Positions 7,749 to 16,035 of a stretch of 64,000 nt of DNA are shown here, in pieces. Position numbers and translations under genes: made by a program. Under the pieces are notes generated by a model. It saw only the letters and a program-made list of their open reading frames with translations. It had not been told where the DNA came from and ran no database searches. The DNA is from Candidatus Pacearchaeota archaeon (GTDB taxonomy: Archaea; Nanobdellota; Nanobdellia; UBA10117; JAFCGA01): positions 97,766 through 161,765 of the forward strand of contig JAFCGA010000001.1 of the NCBI GenBank assembly GCA_017608345.1, in the 5' to 3' direction. The stretch's first letter is position 1. Every line of letters starts with the position of its first letter.

Positions 7749-8456
7749 CTAGCCGCAGAAATTCTGAGCAATATATACTTTATGACTCTTTTTATCAATC
7801 ACTACACTGATTCCATGCTTCTCAAAGAATTCAGAAAAAAGATTCCCTCCCTTGTCCGGATCACTCATCCATCCGCGGACGATAATCTCTGCTAGCTCTT
7901 CTTGCGACAGGAAATCATAGAATAGCCCTTTCTTTACTCGCGTCGGCTCAACTAAGACGTTCTCGCCCTTAAACGTGCACCCCAAATCTTCGTTCAAGTA
8001 TCTCTGAGAAAGATCTCCTAGCGCAGTTGGTTGTGATATATTGCCGAGCGTAACTAACTCCTCGCTCCTCGCTTTTGCAATCCTCGCTAGACTATGGCTC
8101 CACTTAATCTCGTGTATTCCCTGCGCTCCTCGCTCGCGATTAATTGCTTGATGTATCAGGGTGGAAATTGCTTCCTCATTTAGTTCTTGCTCTGAGACTG
8201 CGGAACCGGACACTTTTTGAGGCGTGGATTCCTTAGCTACTCCAGAGAACGAAGCAATCGACGCTGCTGCAATTATAATAGCAATAATAATTACACCGAT
8301 TATGCGCCGTTTGTCTAATTTGTCTGTTTTATAGCTGCTAGAATTTCGTCGCCGTATGTTATATAAATGGTATTTACGTTTTAGCTCACGCACATTTCGC
8401 GAGAAGTTCCATTTTAAGTCTTGAATCTTCCGCTCTAATTTATAATTCCGACGCAT
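7749..8456 (-). CDS. membrane-anchored CAP/SCP/PR-1-like domain protein
   Basis: It has an N-terminal basic region plus a TM helix (IIGVIIIAIIIAAASIASF). The AINRERGAQGIHEIKWSHSLARIAKARSEELV and GWMSDPDKGGNL blocks resemble CAP (YkwD-like) domains. Confidence 0.55.
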   Translation of the reverse strand: MRRNYKLERKIQDLKWNFSRNVRELKRKYHLYNIRRRNSSSYKTDKLDKRRIIGVIIIAIIIAAASIASFSGVAKESTPQKVSGSAVSEQELNEEAISTLIHQAINRERGAQGIHEIKWSHSLARIAKARSEELVTLGNISQPTALGDLSQRYLNEDLGCTFKGENVLVEPTRVKKGLFYDFLSQEELAEIIVRGWMSDPDKGGNLFSEFFEKHGISVVIDKKSHKVYIAQNFCG

Positions 8457-8557
8457 ATGTTAACTATAAGCTATTAATATAAAAGATTATTTGCTCGGAA
8501 CTGAATTGATTTTTGCTTAAGAAAAGCTTTTTAATAGCGTAATACTGCCCGAAAGTA

Positions 8558-9148
8558 ATGGTTAGAAAATATAATAAGCGAGAACTATCCAAAGCTAAGC
8601 TCCAAATACAAGATAATTCTAGCTTGCTAGATAAGATAAAATATCGCACTAAAGATATACTTAGCAGGAAAGCTACTTGGATAGCTACTGGTTGCGCTGT
8701 TCTAGATAATCTTAATACTCGCATATATTTAAATTCGCCCTCAGATGAGATGAATCAAGTCGCCAGATCGTTGATTGAGCAGTATGGTGTTGATAACGGA
8801 CTAACAATTTCCGCAGCAGTAGTTATCCCTCCGATGCTTGCCGGAGTTTATTTTATTGGCGAAATGATCCAGAGAAAAGCTAGTGAAAAAGATAGTGAAC
8901 CGATACTTAAAAAAATATTTTGCGGAGATCTAAGTGAGTATCTTATGTATAATCTAGCTGCCGGTAGCAGTGTCGCCGCTGCCGGATGGACTCTAAAGGA
9001 ATTCGTAGGTGACGGACTTATCGGGCAAGCGATATACGGCTGCTTATCTTCATTCTTTTTCTTAGATATGATTCGCATTAGTCTTGCTGTGCGTAAGTTA
9101 GATAAAGAATCTCGAGAGCAAGGAAGTAGTCATTGTTCGATAGATTAA
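8558..9148 (+). CDS. hypothetical membrane protein (196 aa)
   Basis: A consensus promoter box AAAGCTTTTTAATA lies at 8523-8536, and the protein has several hydrophobic segments. Confidence 0.5.
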   Translation: MVRKYNKRELSKAKLQIQDNSSLLDKIKYRTKDILSRKATWIATGCAVLDNLNTRIYLNSPSDEMNQVARSLIEQYGVDNGLTISAAVVIPPMLAGVYFIGEMIQRKASEKDSEPILKKIFCGDLSEYLMYNLAAGSSVAAAGWTLKEFVGDGLIGQAIYGCLSSFFFLDMIRISLAVRKLDKESREQGSSHCSID

Positions 9149-9215
9149 ATAACATAGTGCCGGAAAGATGGCTCCCAATCGATAAAGTTTTAAATACTAC
9201 TAATAAGTAAAATCT

Positions 9216-11963
9216 ATGACTGAAGACTTTAACTATGATGATATTTTTGCTCAAGTAGATCGAGAAAATGAGCAAGAGTCGGGACTTCGCGGTGAATGCG
9301 ATGATAATGGTTGTACTCCCTTATTTAATAAGCAAGGAAAGTACGTTGGATATGAGGATTCCGCGGGCAAGGTTCATTATGATAGCTTACATAAACAGCG
9401 AGGACGGCGAAACGTAGCATATGATTACGGTGCTAGAAAGCGGCTCGAAGAGAGAGCGCGCCGCCAGAAAATACGCGCGAGTCTCAAACCAGTAATAAAG
9501 AAAGTTAAATTAGCAGATAGGGATACAATTGAAGCAGAGACGATTCATCTATCTGCAAAAAATAGTAATTCGGTAATTGTTAATGATGCTGAGACTCTCG
9601 CCAAATTAGAAGAGGAATTTGAAGGTGTATACGCAGGATTTAATGGTTTCGGCGTGTTTGATATATCTGACGGTCGCCTAGATGAATTTGAAGAATTCGC
9701 AAAAGAACACAAACTAAAAGTATATCCTTTCCCATTAGCTACTTATTATCTAACTGAATCAAATTTTCGTAGCAAGCTAGCTGCACCAGCAGGTAATCAC
9801 AAGTATTGCATAATTGAAGAGCTGGACTTAGAAGATATGATCTTCTTTGATAAGGTGGTAAATAGAGAACTAATTGAAACTAATCTGAAGGGAGGAATAG
9901 ATTTACTAATCTCCACATGCAAATATATCGGATTCGACGATAGTACTGTCGCAGATTTAATTAACCAATTCAATCCCGAGATAGATAATACTCTCTTAAA
10001 CTACATCTTAGAAGAAGAAATTGGTGAATTCTTGGAAAATCGCCTCGATCTTCGAGCTAAATTAGAAACTGCAAGGAGAAAATGCTCAAACAGAGATGTA
10101 GCTAAATTAATCACTATAACGAATGACTCCGACCTTATTCAAGTTAAAGAAGAAATAATTGCGGGATTGCACACTAACGAGGAAATTGTGAATCATTACA
10201 TCAAACTGCAAACAAAAGGAGATAAACGTAAAATAAATTATCAGAAATCAGTGGATTTTTGGGATAACCTTGATCACAGAATAAGGAGTATGTGCAAAAC
10301 CGGTATAGTCCGCGGCAAAATAAAAGAGCTAGATCTAATCTCTAGTAGTAATAAATATCAATTAGATAATTTCCTAAGCAATAATCCTGAGATAAAACAA
10401 CTCTTCGAAGACAAAGCCATGGATTATTATGATTATAAAGCTCAGATTCTACTCAACTTAGATAAAGTAGATCTTGATATAACAAAGTCTTATCAAAAAG
10501 TTCAAAATGCCCAGAAAAGATTGAAGACTGCTCGAACTACCTTCGAAACTAAATTAAAACATAGCAACGAAAATTATGTTCCATTAAAACGGAGATTAAA
10601 TAGTTTAAAGTATTACTCAAAAGATGAAAACGCATCAGAAATCAAAGAGATAGAGCAACAAATAAAAAAGATTCAACTTACTGAACCAGCCTTATTTAAA
10701 AAACACGAAGATGCTAAATTTAAGATCCATCAATTGAAGCGGAGTTATGAGAACCTATTAGCAGATTCTAATCAATTACATGCCGCCCGGTGGGGCGAAA
10801 ACGAGAATACTTATCTTATTACTGCACTATTCGAAAATCGCATCTTGCTAACAGAAGAGCTAGATCAATCTTTCTTCTCGGAACTTGAATCCAAGCACTC
10901 TGCTTCAGAACTAATTAGAATACTTCCAGAACTAATTAGAGATTATAAGCCTCTAACGCTGGAAGACCTCGCCACAGATTCAGTAGACTCTGCCAAGAAA
11001 CAAATAAGTCAGATTTCCAATAAAGTTAAAGAACTATATGATAGAAAGGAGCTTATATTCAATAACATGCAGTGGAAGCGAGTAAAGCCAATGGTTTCAG
11101 CAGGATTAAGAACATTGCAAGGCAGATTAGATCGACTAATTTCTTTTGAAGATCGCAATAAAGATCGTTTTAGTGAAGCAGAAAATCTAAAAGGATATTA
11201 CTATTCTGGAGAGAGCAATGATAACTTAATCGAACATCATGATGAAATAAGCTTCCGAATAAAACAAATAGTAGCTGAGATTAAGCAACCAACGCCAACT
11301 AAAAAGGACGATGAAGATAAAAAGATTAGCATCGACAGTCGAGTAAGACTCGGAGTATTATCCAAGCTATCTTATTTAGATAAATTAATACAAGATCAGT
11401 CAAAACTATTCCATCAAGGAAGCAATCTCGTTAGGAATATAAGCAAATCCTTGCATAATCGTGATTACCTAGAGCTTCACTGGGCACAGGGTAACAATAC
11501 CTTCTACGTCAGTAAGGGAAATAAATATGCTGAATTAGAAGAACGCGGAGATGCCTGCCCAATGGGTTTAAGCAAGAACTGGTATACACCTAAGATAAGA
11601 TTCTTATCTAGTGGAATAGAGTTCTCCCAGCATTATTTCAATAACTTAGAAAATAAAATAATAACTGGGGAAGAAAAACCCGCTAAGATTGAATTCAAGG
11701 ATTATGATAATAGTTTTATCTTGCATTTAAAAGATAATCGTTCGGTTAGCCTGTCATTAAAGCATGCAGATGAATTACTAACACATATAGAAACCTACGC
11801 AATTGATGCGCTCCAGATAAGCTCCGCGAATAAGCAGAGTACAGGAGCTACTCCGACGATAGAGTATGATAGTGAGTTTATTAAACTAAGTGGTGAAAGT
11901 GATGTGGAATATAATTTATTTCACACTTACTCACGACTAAAAGAAGCTGTTGCTAATTGTTAA
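9216..11963 (+). CDS. large hypothetical protein (915 aa), Lys/Glu-rich with a probable coiled-coil
   Basis: A 2.7-kb uninterrupted ORF with no recognisable catalytic motif. Confidence 0.6.
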   Translation: MTEDFNYDDIFAQVDRENEQESGLRGECDDNGCTPLFNKQGKYVGYEDSAGKVHYDSLHKQRGRRNVAYDYGARKRLEERARRQKIRASLKPVIKKVKLADRDTIEAETIHLSAKNSNSVIVNDAETLAKLEEEFEGVYAGFNGFGVFDISDGRLDEFEEFAKEHKLKVYPFPLATYYLTESNFRSKLAAPAGNHKYCIIEELDLEDMIFFDKVVNRELIETNLKGGIDLLISTCKYIGFDDSTVADLINQFNPEIDNTLLNYILEEEIGEFLENRLDLRAKLETARRKCSNRDVAKLITITNDSDLIQVKEEIIAGLHTNEEIVNHYIKLQTKGDKRKINYQKSVDFWDNLDHRIRSMCKTGIVRGKIKELDLISSSNKYQLDNFLSNNPEIKQLFEDKAMDYYDYKAQILLNLDKVDLDITKSYQKVQNAQKRLKTARTTFETKLKHSNENYVPLKRRLNSLKYYSKDENASEIKEIEQQIKKIQLTEPALFKKHEDAKFKIHQLKRSYENLLADSNQLHAARWGENENTYLITALFENRILLTEELDQSFFSELESKHSASELIRILPELIRDYKPLTLEDLATDSVDSAKKQISQISNKVKELYDRKELIFNNMQWKRVKPMVSAGLRTLQGRLDRLISFEDRNKDRFSEAENLKGYYYSGESNDNLIEHHDEISFRIKQIVAEIKQPTPTKKDDEDKKISIDSRVRLGVLSKLSYLDKLIQDQSKLFHQGSNLVRNISKSLHNRDYLELHWAQGNNTFYVSKGNKYAELEERGDACPMGLSKNWYTPKIRFLSSGIEFSQHYFNNLENKIITGEEKPAKIEFKDYDNSFILHLKDNRSVSLSLKHADELLTHIETYAIDALQISSANKQSTGATPTIEYDSEFIKLSGESDVEYNLFHTYSRLKEAVANC

Positions 11964-11970
11964 TTTTATA

Positions 11971-12135
11971 CGCCGGGAACGGGATTTACATCGAACAAGT
12001 TCGCTAAAACAAACTACGTTCATTTTGAACCCGTATACCCCGAAGAGTCTAGCTAGCTACTACTTAAATTAGCAGGCTAGTGCCATTTTCTGCTGCCTTC
12101 AAAAGAAAGACAGTACCAGATTAGGCGATCCCGGC
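11971..12135 (-). tRNA. tRNA-Ser(GCU) precursor with at least three introns (D-loop region, canonical 37/38, T-loop)
   Basis: Read on the minus strand. Acceptor stem GCCGGGA/UCCCGGC is perfect and the discriminator is G73. The D-loop has A14 and G18G19. Anticodon stem CUAGC/GCUAG carries the loop CUGCUAA (anticodon GCU). The long variable arm is ACUC-UUCG-GGGU. T-arm ACGGG-UUCAAA[39 nt]AU-CCCGU. Total length is 165 nt against ~86-90 nt mature. Confidence 0.6.
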
Positions 12136-12195
12136 ACGAGATATCCTACTATAAATTTACTTAAAAAGTTGCCGATAGTTCTAATTTTAATAAAC

Positions 12196-12210
12196 GAAAG
12201 CTTTTTAAAT
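12196..12210 (+). promoter_or_regulatory. BRE/TATA box GAAAGCTTTTTAAAT upstream of ORF 12234
   Basis: A consensus motif ending 24 nt upstream of the ATG. Confidence 0.45.
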
Positions 12211-12233
12211 CAAAATTAGGGCGTTATTGTACA

Positions 12234-12605
12234 ATGACAACTAATAAACCACTAAAAAAGTGGTCCAAGATGGGAGAAGTATCTCCTGAACAAAGATTAC
12301 CTAAAGGCCAGCAAAGCTGGTTAACTAGAACTTGCAATCGAACTGGGATTAAAAATGTTCCCGAATACCAACCGACTATAGCACCAATACCTCGAGTCGG
12401 CGGACAGATTCACGCAGTCTCAACTCCATACGGAACTCAAGCTGCAGCTGAACTAACTAGCCAGAGACCGCTAGACTCCAGAGCAAAAAGCGCATTCGAG
12501 CTAGATCTTATTCTACGCGACGGTTTTACAATACCACAGAACAACGAAGGCGAAGCTGTTACTCAATGGCCTTGTCGGATCGGTAGTTATATCTCAAAAA
12601 AGTAA
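12234..12605 (+). CDS. hypothetical protein (123 aa)
   Basis: An ORF with a consensus promoter; no recognisable motif. Confidence 0.4.
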   Translation: MTTNKPLKKWSKMGEVSPEQRLPKGQQSWLTRTCNRTGIKNVPEYQPTIAPIPRVGGQIHAVSTPYGTQAAAELTSQRPLDSRAKSAFELDLILRDGFTIPQNNEGEAVTQWPCRIGSYISKK

Positions 12606-12612
12606 GCTCTTG

Positions 12613-12628
12613 AAAAGACTTTTAAATC
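12613..12628 (+). promoter_or_regulatory. TATA box AAAAGACTTTTAAATC upstream of tRNA-Phe
   Basis: It ends 24 nt upstream of the first tRNA base (12652). Confidence 0.45.
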
Positions 12629-12666
12629 ACTCTTTTACTTTAGTTATTATTGGGGTCGTAGCTCAG

Positions 12667-12703
12667 AGTCTTTCTTTCTCCTTGGGCGAGAAAGGCGAGT
12701 AAC
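12667..12703 (+). other. D-loop intron of tRNA-Phe (boundaries +/- 2 nt)
   Basis: The insert AGUCUUUCUUUCUCCUUGGGCGAGAAAGGCGAGUAAC lies between GCUCAG and UCGGGAGAGC. It has an internal hairpin CUUUCUC/GAGAAAG. Confidence 0.6.
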
Positions 12704-12747
12704 TCGGGAGAGCACTAGACTGAAGATCTAGGTGTCATGGGTTCAAA

Positions 12748-12859
12748 CGCTGCCCCTTTCTTTTAGAAAAAGAAAGGTGTAAGGTAGCCCAAAGAAAAGG
12801 CATTTACTACGCGACTTCGTCGCTCCGAATATGCCTTCGGCAACTTTGCAGCTGGAAAA
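12748..12859 (+). repeat. T-loop intron of tRNA-Phe, a member (C1) of the dispersed C-type structured repeat family
   Basis: A 10-bp hairpin CCTTTCTTTT-AGA-AAAAGAAAGG, then CCCAAAGAAAAGG and CGACTTCGTCGCTCCGAAT blocks, align with 38573-38670 and with the reverse complement of 35449-35552. The intron ends GCUGC/GCAGC pair next to the T-stem. Confidence 0.6.
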
Positions 12860-12873
12860 TCCCATCGACCCCA

Positions 12874-13305
12874 CTAAATTTTATAAAATAATTTTATGCA
12901 AAAATCCTGATCGAGGATAAGCTGTTTCTCTAAGGCTTCTTCCGGAGAAGCCCATTCAAAAGTCTTATGCTCAGTAGAATTAATCAAAATGCTTGGCTTA
13001 TCAGCTAATTTGAGATGAAACATATAGTAGACAAAATCAAACTCGGGATATTTAACATAGAGCTTATCAAAATAAGCTAACTGAGACTCAGTTATAACTA
13101 TTCCCGTTTCTTCTTTTAATTCTCTCAGCAGTGCGTTAATTGGAGATTCGCCTTCATCAATCTTACCTGCGGGAACGCCCCAAGTATTACCCTGCGGTTT
13201 GCGATCCTGTCGGTGCAATAATAGGATCTTTCCATCAAACTCCACTAGGCAGCTAACTACTTCGAATTTCGGATTGAATTCCTCGGGGCTAGCTCTAAAA
13301 ATCAT
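12874..13305 (-). CDS. NUDIX hydrolase
   Basis: Nudix box GKIDEGESPINALLRELKEETGI (GX5EX7REUXEEXGU). Confidence 0.8.
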   Translation of the reverse strand: MIFRASPEEFNPKFEVVSCLVEFDGKILLLHRQDRKPQGNTWGVPAGKIDEGESPINALLRELKEETGIVITESQLAYFDKLYVKYPEFDFVYYMFHLKLADKPSILINSTEHKTFEWASPEEALEKQLILDQDFCIKLFYKI

Positions 13306-13347
13306 TATTTACGTAAAGGATATATAGTATTAATTAAATATTTTTAT

Positions 13348-16035
13348 ATGACTGATTGGCATTCTATTCCGCTAGATAGTTTATTCAAAGAGCTAAATAC
13401 TTCTAAGCATGGATTAACTCAGGAAACAGCGAGATCGAGGCTAGCAAAATATGGAGAAAACAAGCTCAAGCAGGCTAAAAAGATTTCTCCGATTACAATT
13501 TTTATAAATCAGTTCAAGAATTTCTTGGTTCTTTTATTAGTGCTAGCTATAGCGATATCTATTGCGATTGGGCATTTTATTGATGCTGCAGTCATAGGAG
13601 TAATAATTTTAGTAAATGCTATTCTGGGATTTATACAAGAATACAAAGCTGAGCGAGCTATGGAAGCGCTCAAGAAGCTCTCTGCGCCGAAAGCAAAGGT
13701 TACTCGAGATGGAGAGTTTCGTACGATTCCAGCTACACAACTAGTTCCGGGAGATATCATTCTACTCGAGCAAGGAGACAGAATCCCTGCAGATGCTAGG
13801 CTCATAGAAGCCATTAATCTCCGCATTGACGAAGCTTCACTAACCGGAGAGTCGATTCCAATAATGAAGGACATCGCAGTAATCAAAAAGGCTAAACTAG
13901 CTATTGGCGATAAAAAGAATTGCGTGTTTATGAACACAATCGTAACCTACGGTCGGGGAACGGCTATGGTTACGCAAACCGGTATGCAAAGCGAGGTTGG
14001 CCATATTGCTAAGCTCCTTCAGACAACTGAGACACAACCTACTCCGCTGCAAAACAAGCTAAAAGACGTTGCTAAGACGCTAGGTATAGCTATTCTCATA
14101 ATCTGCGGAGCTATGTTTGCAGTAGGACTTCTACGGGGAGTCGATATATTTGAGATGTTCATAACTGCGATAGCGCTAGCTGTAGCCGCTGTTCCCGAAG
14201 GCTTGCCCGCAGTTGTTACTATAACTCTAGCCATTGGGCTAAACCGTATGGCTAAATCAAAAGCGATAGTTCGGCGATTGCCAGTTGTTGAAACTCTTGG
14301 TGCCGCGACAGTTATCTGCTCAGATAAAACCGGAACACTGACTAAAAACGAGATGACTGTTAAGGAGATTTACACAAATAAGAAAACATATACTGTGCTT
14401 GGTTCAGGATATGAGCCAAAAGGAGAAATACTCGACGGCAAGAAAGAGGCAAAAATAGATAAGAATCTAGACATGCTACTCAAAGCTTCGATCTTGTGCA
14501 CAACAGCTAATCTTTATCAAGATAAAGGCTGGAAAATCTCCGGTGATCCGACTGAAGGCGCGCTAGTTGTAGCAGCTGCCAAAGCTAATCTAATAAAAAA
14601 CAAATTAGTGAAAGAGTATAAATCCCTTGCTGAACTGCCATTTGATTCTAAGCGTAAGCGAATGTCGATAGTGTATGCGACGCCGACAAACAAAAAAGTA
14701 GCTTATGTTAAAGGCGCTCCGGAGATAATCTTAGGCAAGTGTGTAAGTATCTTTGAAGATGGAAAAGTTAGGAAACTCAGCGAGCTAGACAAAAAGCGAA
14801 TTTTAACTAAGAATCAGAATATGGCTTCCCGTGCGCTGCGGATTTTAGCTATTGCATATCGAGTAATGCCTAATGTAAAGAAATACTCCATTGAAAATAC
14901 TGAAAAAGATCTTGTTTTTGTTGGTCTTGAGGGAATGATTGACCCGCCGCGGATGGAAGCTAAGAAAGCTATCTCGCTCTGTTCCAAAGCAGGAATTAAG
15001 GTGATAATGATCACTGGAGACCATGAGCTAACCGCGCGGGCGATTGGAAAAGAACTTGGCATTGTTGGAAAAGCCGTAGATGGAGCAGAACTAGACCGAT
15101 TAAAAGCTAAAGGTTTGCTGGGAATTGTCGAAAAAACAGCTATTTTTGCGCGAGTTTCTCCAGAACATAAAGTTATGATCGTCGAAGCGCTGAAGAACAA
15201 AGGTCATATTGTTGCTATGACTGGTGATGGAGTAAATGACGCTCCTGCGCTGAAGAAAGCGGACATAGGAGTAGCCATGGGTATCAAAGGTACTGATGTT
15301 GCTAAAGAAGCTTCAGACATGATCTTAGAAGATGACAATTTTGCAACGATTGTATCGGCTGTCCGCGAAGGGCGAGGAATTTTTGATGATATTCGCAAGT
15401 TTATACTTTATTTATTATCCTGCAATGTTGGCGAGATTATGGCAATCTTTGGGGCTTCCCTTATCGGCTTACCGATTCCGTTACTAGCTGTTCAAATATT
15501 ATGGATGAATTTGCTGACCGATGGTTTGCCAGCTCTTGCTCTCGGTGTTGAGCCGCCAGGAGATCATATCATGGAAAGACCGCCTCGCGATCCGAAAGAA
15601 CACACGATTAACAAGCAAATGTGGACAAATATAGGTCTTGTTGGGACGGTTATGTGTATTGGTGTGTTATCTCTATTCTTCCTAGCAGACCCATCTAAGA
15701 ACTTGCCTTACGCTAGAACAATGGCTTTTTCCTCTATAGTTATGTTCCAATTGTTTAATGTATTTAATACTCGCTCAGATGGCTCGGTATTTAAAACAAA
15801 CTTCTTTAGCAATAAATACTTGTTATTAGCAGTCATTAGCTCGCTTTTGTTGCAGTTCTTTGTAGTCTATGTGCCATTCATGCAGCCGCTATTTGGAACC
15901 GTTGGATTAGCGGCCATGGATTGGGTGAAGATTGTGGGGGTTAGCGCTTCGATTATATTAGTTGTTGAGGTTTGGAAACTCGTCTCTAAATTAAGAAATC
16001 CACAATCCGTGAACACTGCAATACATTCTAGCTGA
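13348..16035 (+). CDS. P-type cation-transporting ATPase (type II, Ca2+/SERCA-PMCA-like)
   Basis: It carries the DKTGTLT phosphorylation site, TGES, MITGDH and MTGDGVNDAPALKKADIGVAMG, with multiple TM segments over 895 aa. Confidence 0.9.
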   Translation: MTDWHSIPLDSLFKELNTSKHGLTQETARSRLAKYGENKLKQAKKISPITIFINQFKNFLVLLLVLAIAISIAIGHFIDAAVIGVIILVNAILGFIQEYKAERAMEALKKLSAPKAKVTRDGEFRTIPATQLVPGDIILLEQGDRIPADARLIEAINLRIDEASLTGESIPIMKDIAVIKKAKLAIGDKKNCVFMNTIVTYGRGTAMVTQTGMQSEVGHIAKLLQTTETQPTPLQNKLKDVAKTLGIAILIICGAMFAVGLLRGVDIFEMFITAIALAVAAVPEGLPAVVTITLAIGLNRMAKSKAIVRRLPVVETLGAATVICSDKTGTLTKNEMTVKEIYTNKKTYTVLGSGYEPKGEILDGKKEAKIDKNLDMLLKASILCTTANLYQDKGWKISGDPTEGALVVAAAKANLIKNKLVKEYKSLAELPFDSKRKRMSIVYATPTNKKVAYVKGAPEIILGKCVSIFEDGKVRKLSELDKKRILTKNQNMASRALRILAIAYRVMPNVKKYSIENTEKDLVFVGLEGMIDPPRMEAKKAISLCSKAGIKVIMITGDHELTARAIGKELGIVGKAVDGAELDRLKAKGLLGIVEKTAIFARVSPEHKVMIVEALKNKGHIVAMTGDGVNDAPALKKADIGVAMGIKGTDVAKEASDMILEDDNFATIVSAVREGRGIFDDIRKFILYLLSCNVGEIMAIFGASLIGLPIPLLAVQILWMNLLTDGLPALALGVEPPGDHIMERPPRDPKEHTINKQMWTNIGLVGTVMCIGVLSLFFLADPSKNLPYARTMAFSSIVMFQLFNVFNTRSDGSVFKTNFFSNKYLLLAVISSLLLQFFVVYVPFMQPLFGTVGLAAMDWVKIVGVSASIILVVEVWKLVSKLRNPQSVNTAIHSS

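Larger units (their letters stand above)
12652..12873 (+). tRNA. tRNA-Phe(GAA) precursor with two non-canonical introns (D-loop ~37 nt, T-loop 112 nt)
   Basis: Acceptor GGGGUCG/CGACCCC is perfect with A73. D-stem GCUC/GAGC. Anticodon stem CUAGA/UCUAG with loop CUGAAGA. Variable region GUGUC. T-stem AUGGG/CCCAU with a split T-loop UUCAAA|...|AU. The arithmetic is 222 - 37 - 112 = 73 nt mature. Confidence 0.8.

Noticed and set aside
12060-12085. An alternative reading of the tRNA-Ser precursor hairpin as an anticodon loop AUUUAAG (anticodon UUA, an ochre suppressor)
   Set aside because: The same region is better explained as the helix formed by the canonical 37/38 intron. The adjacent loop CUGCUAA with the CUAGC/GCUAG stem, the long variable arm and G73 all fit tRNA-Ser(GCU).
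13509-15398. Four minus-strand ORFs (142, 71, 128 and 64 aa) inside the P-type ATPase gene
   Set aside because: They are antisense shadows of a strongly supported 895-aa CDS, and their sequences are Ser/Ala/Ile-rich without motifs.
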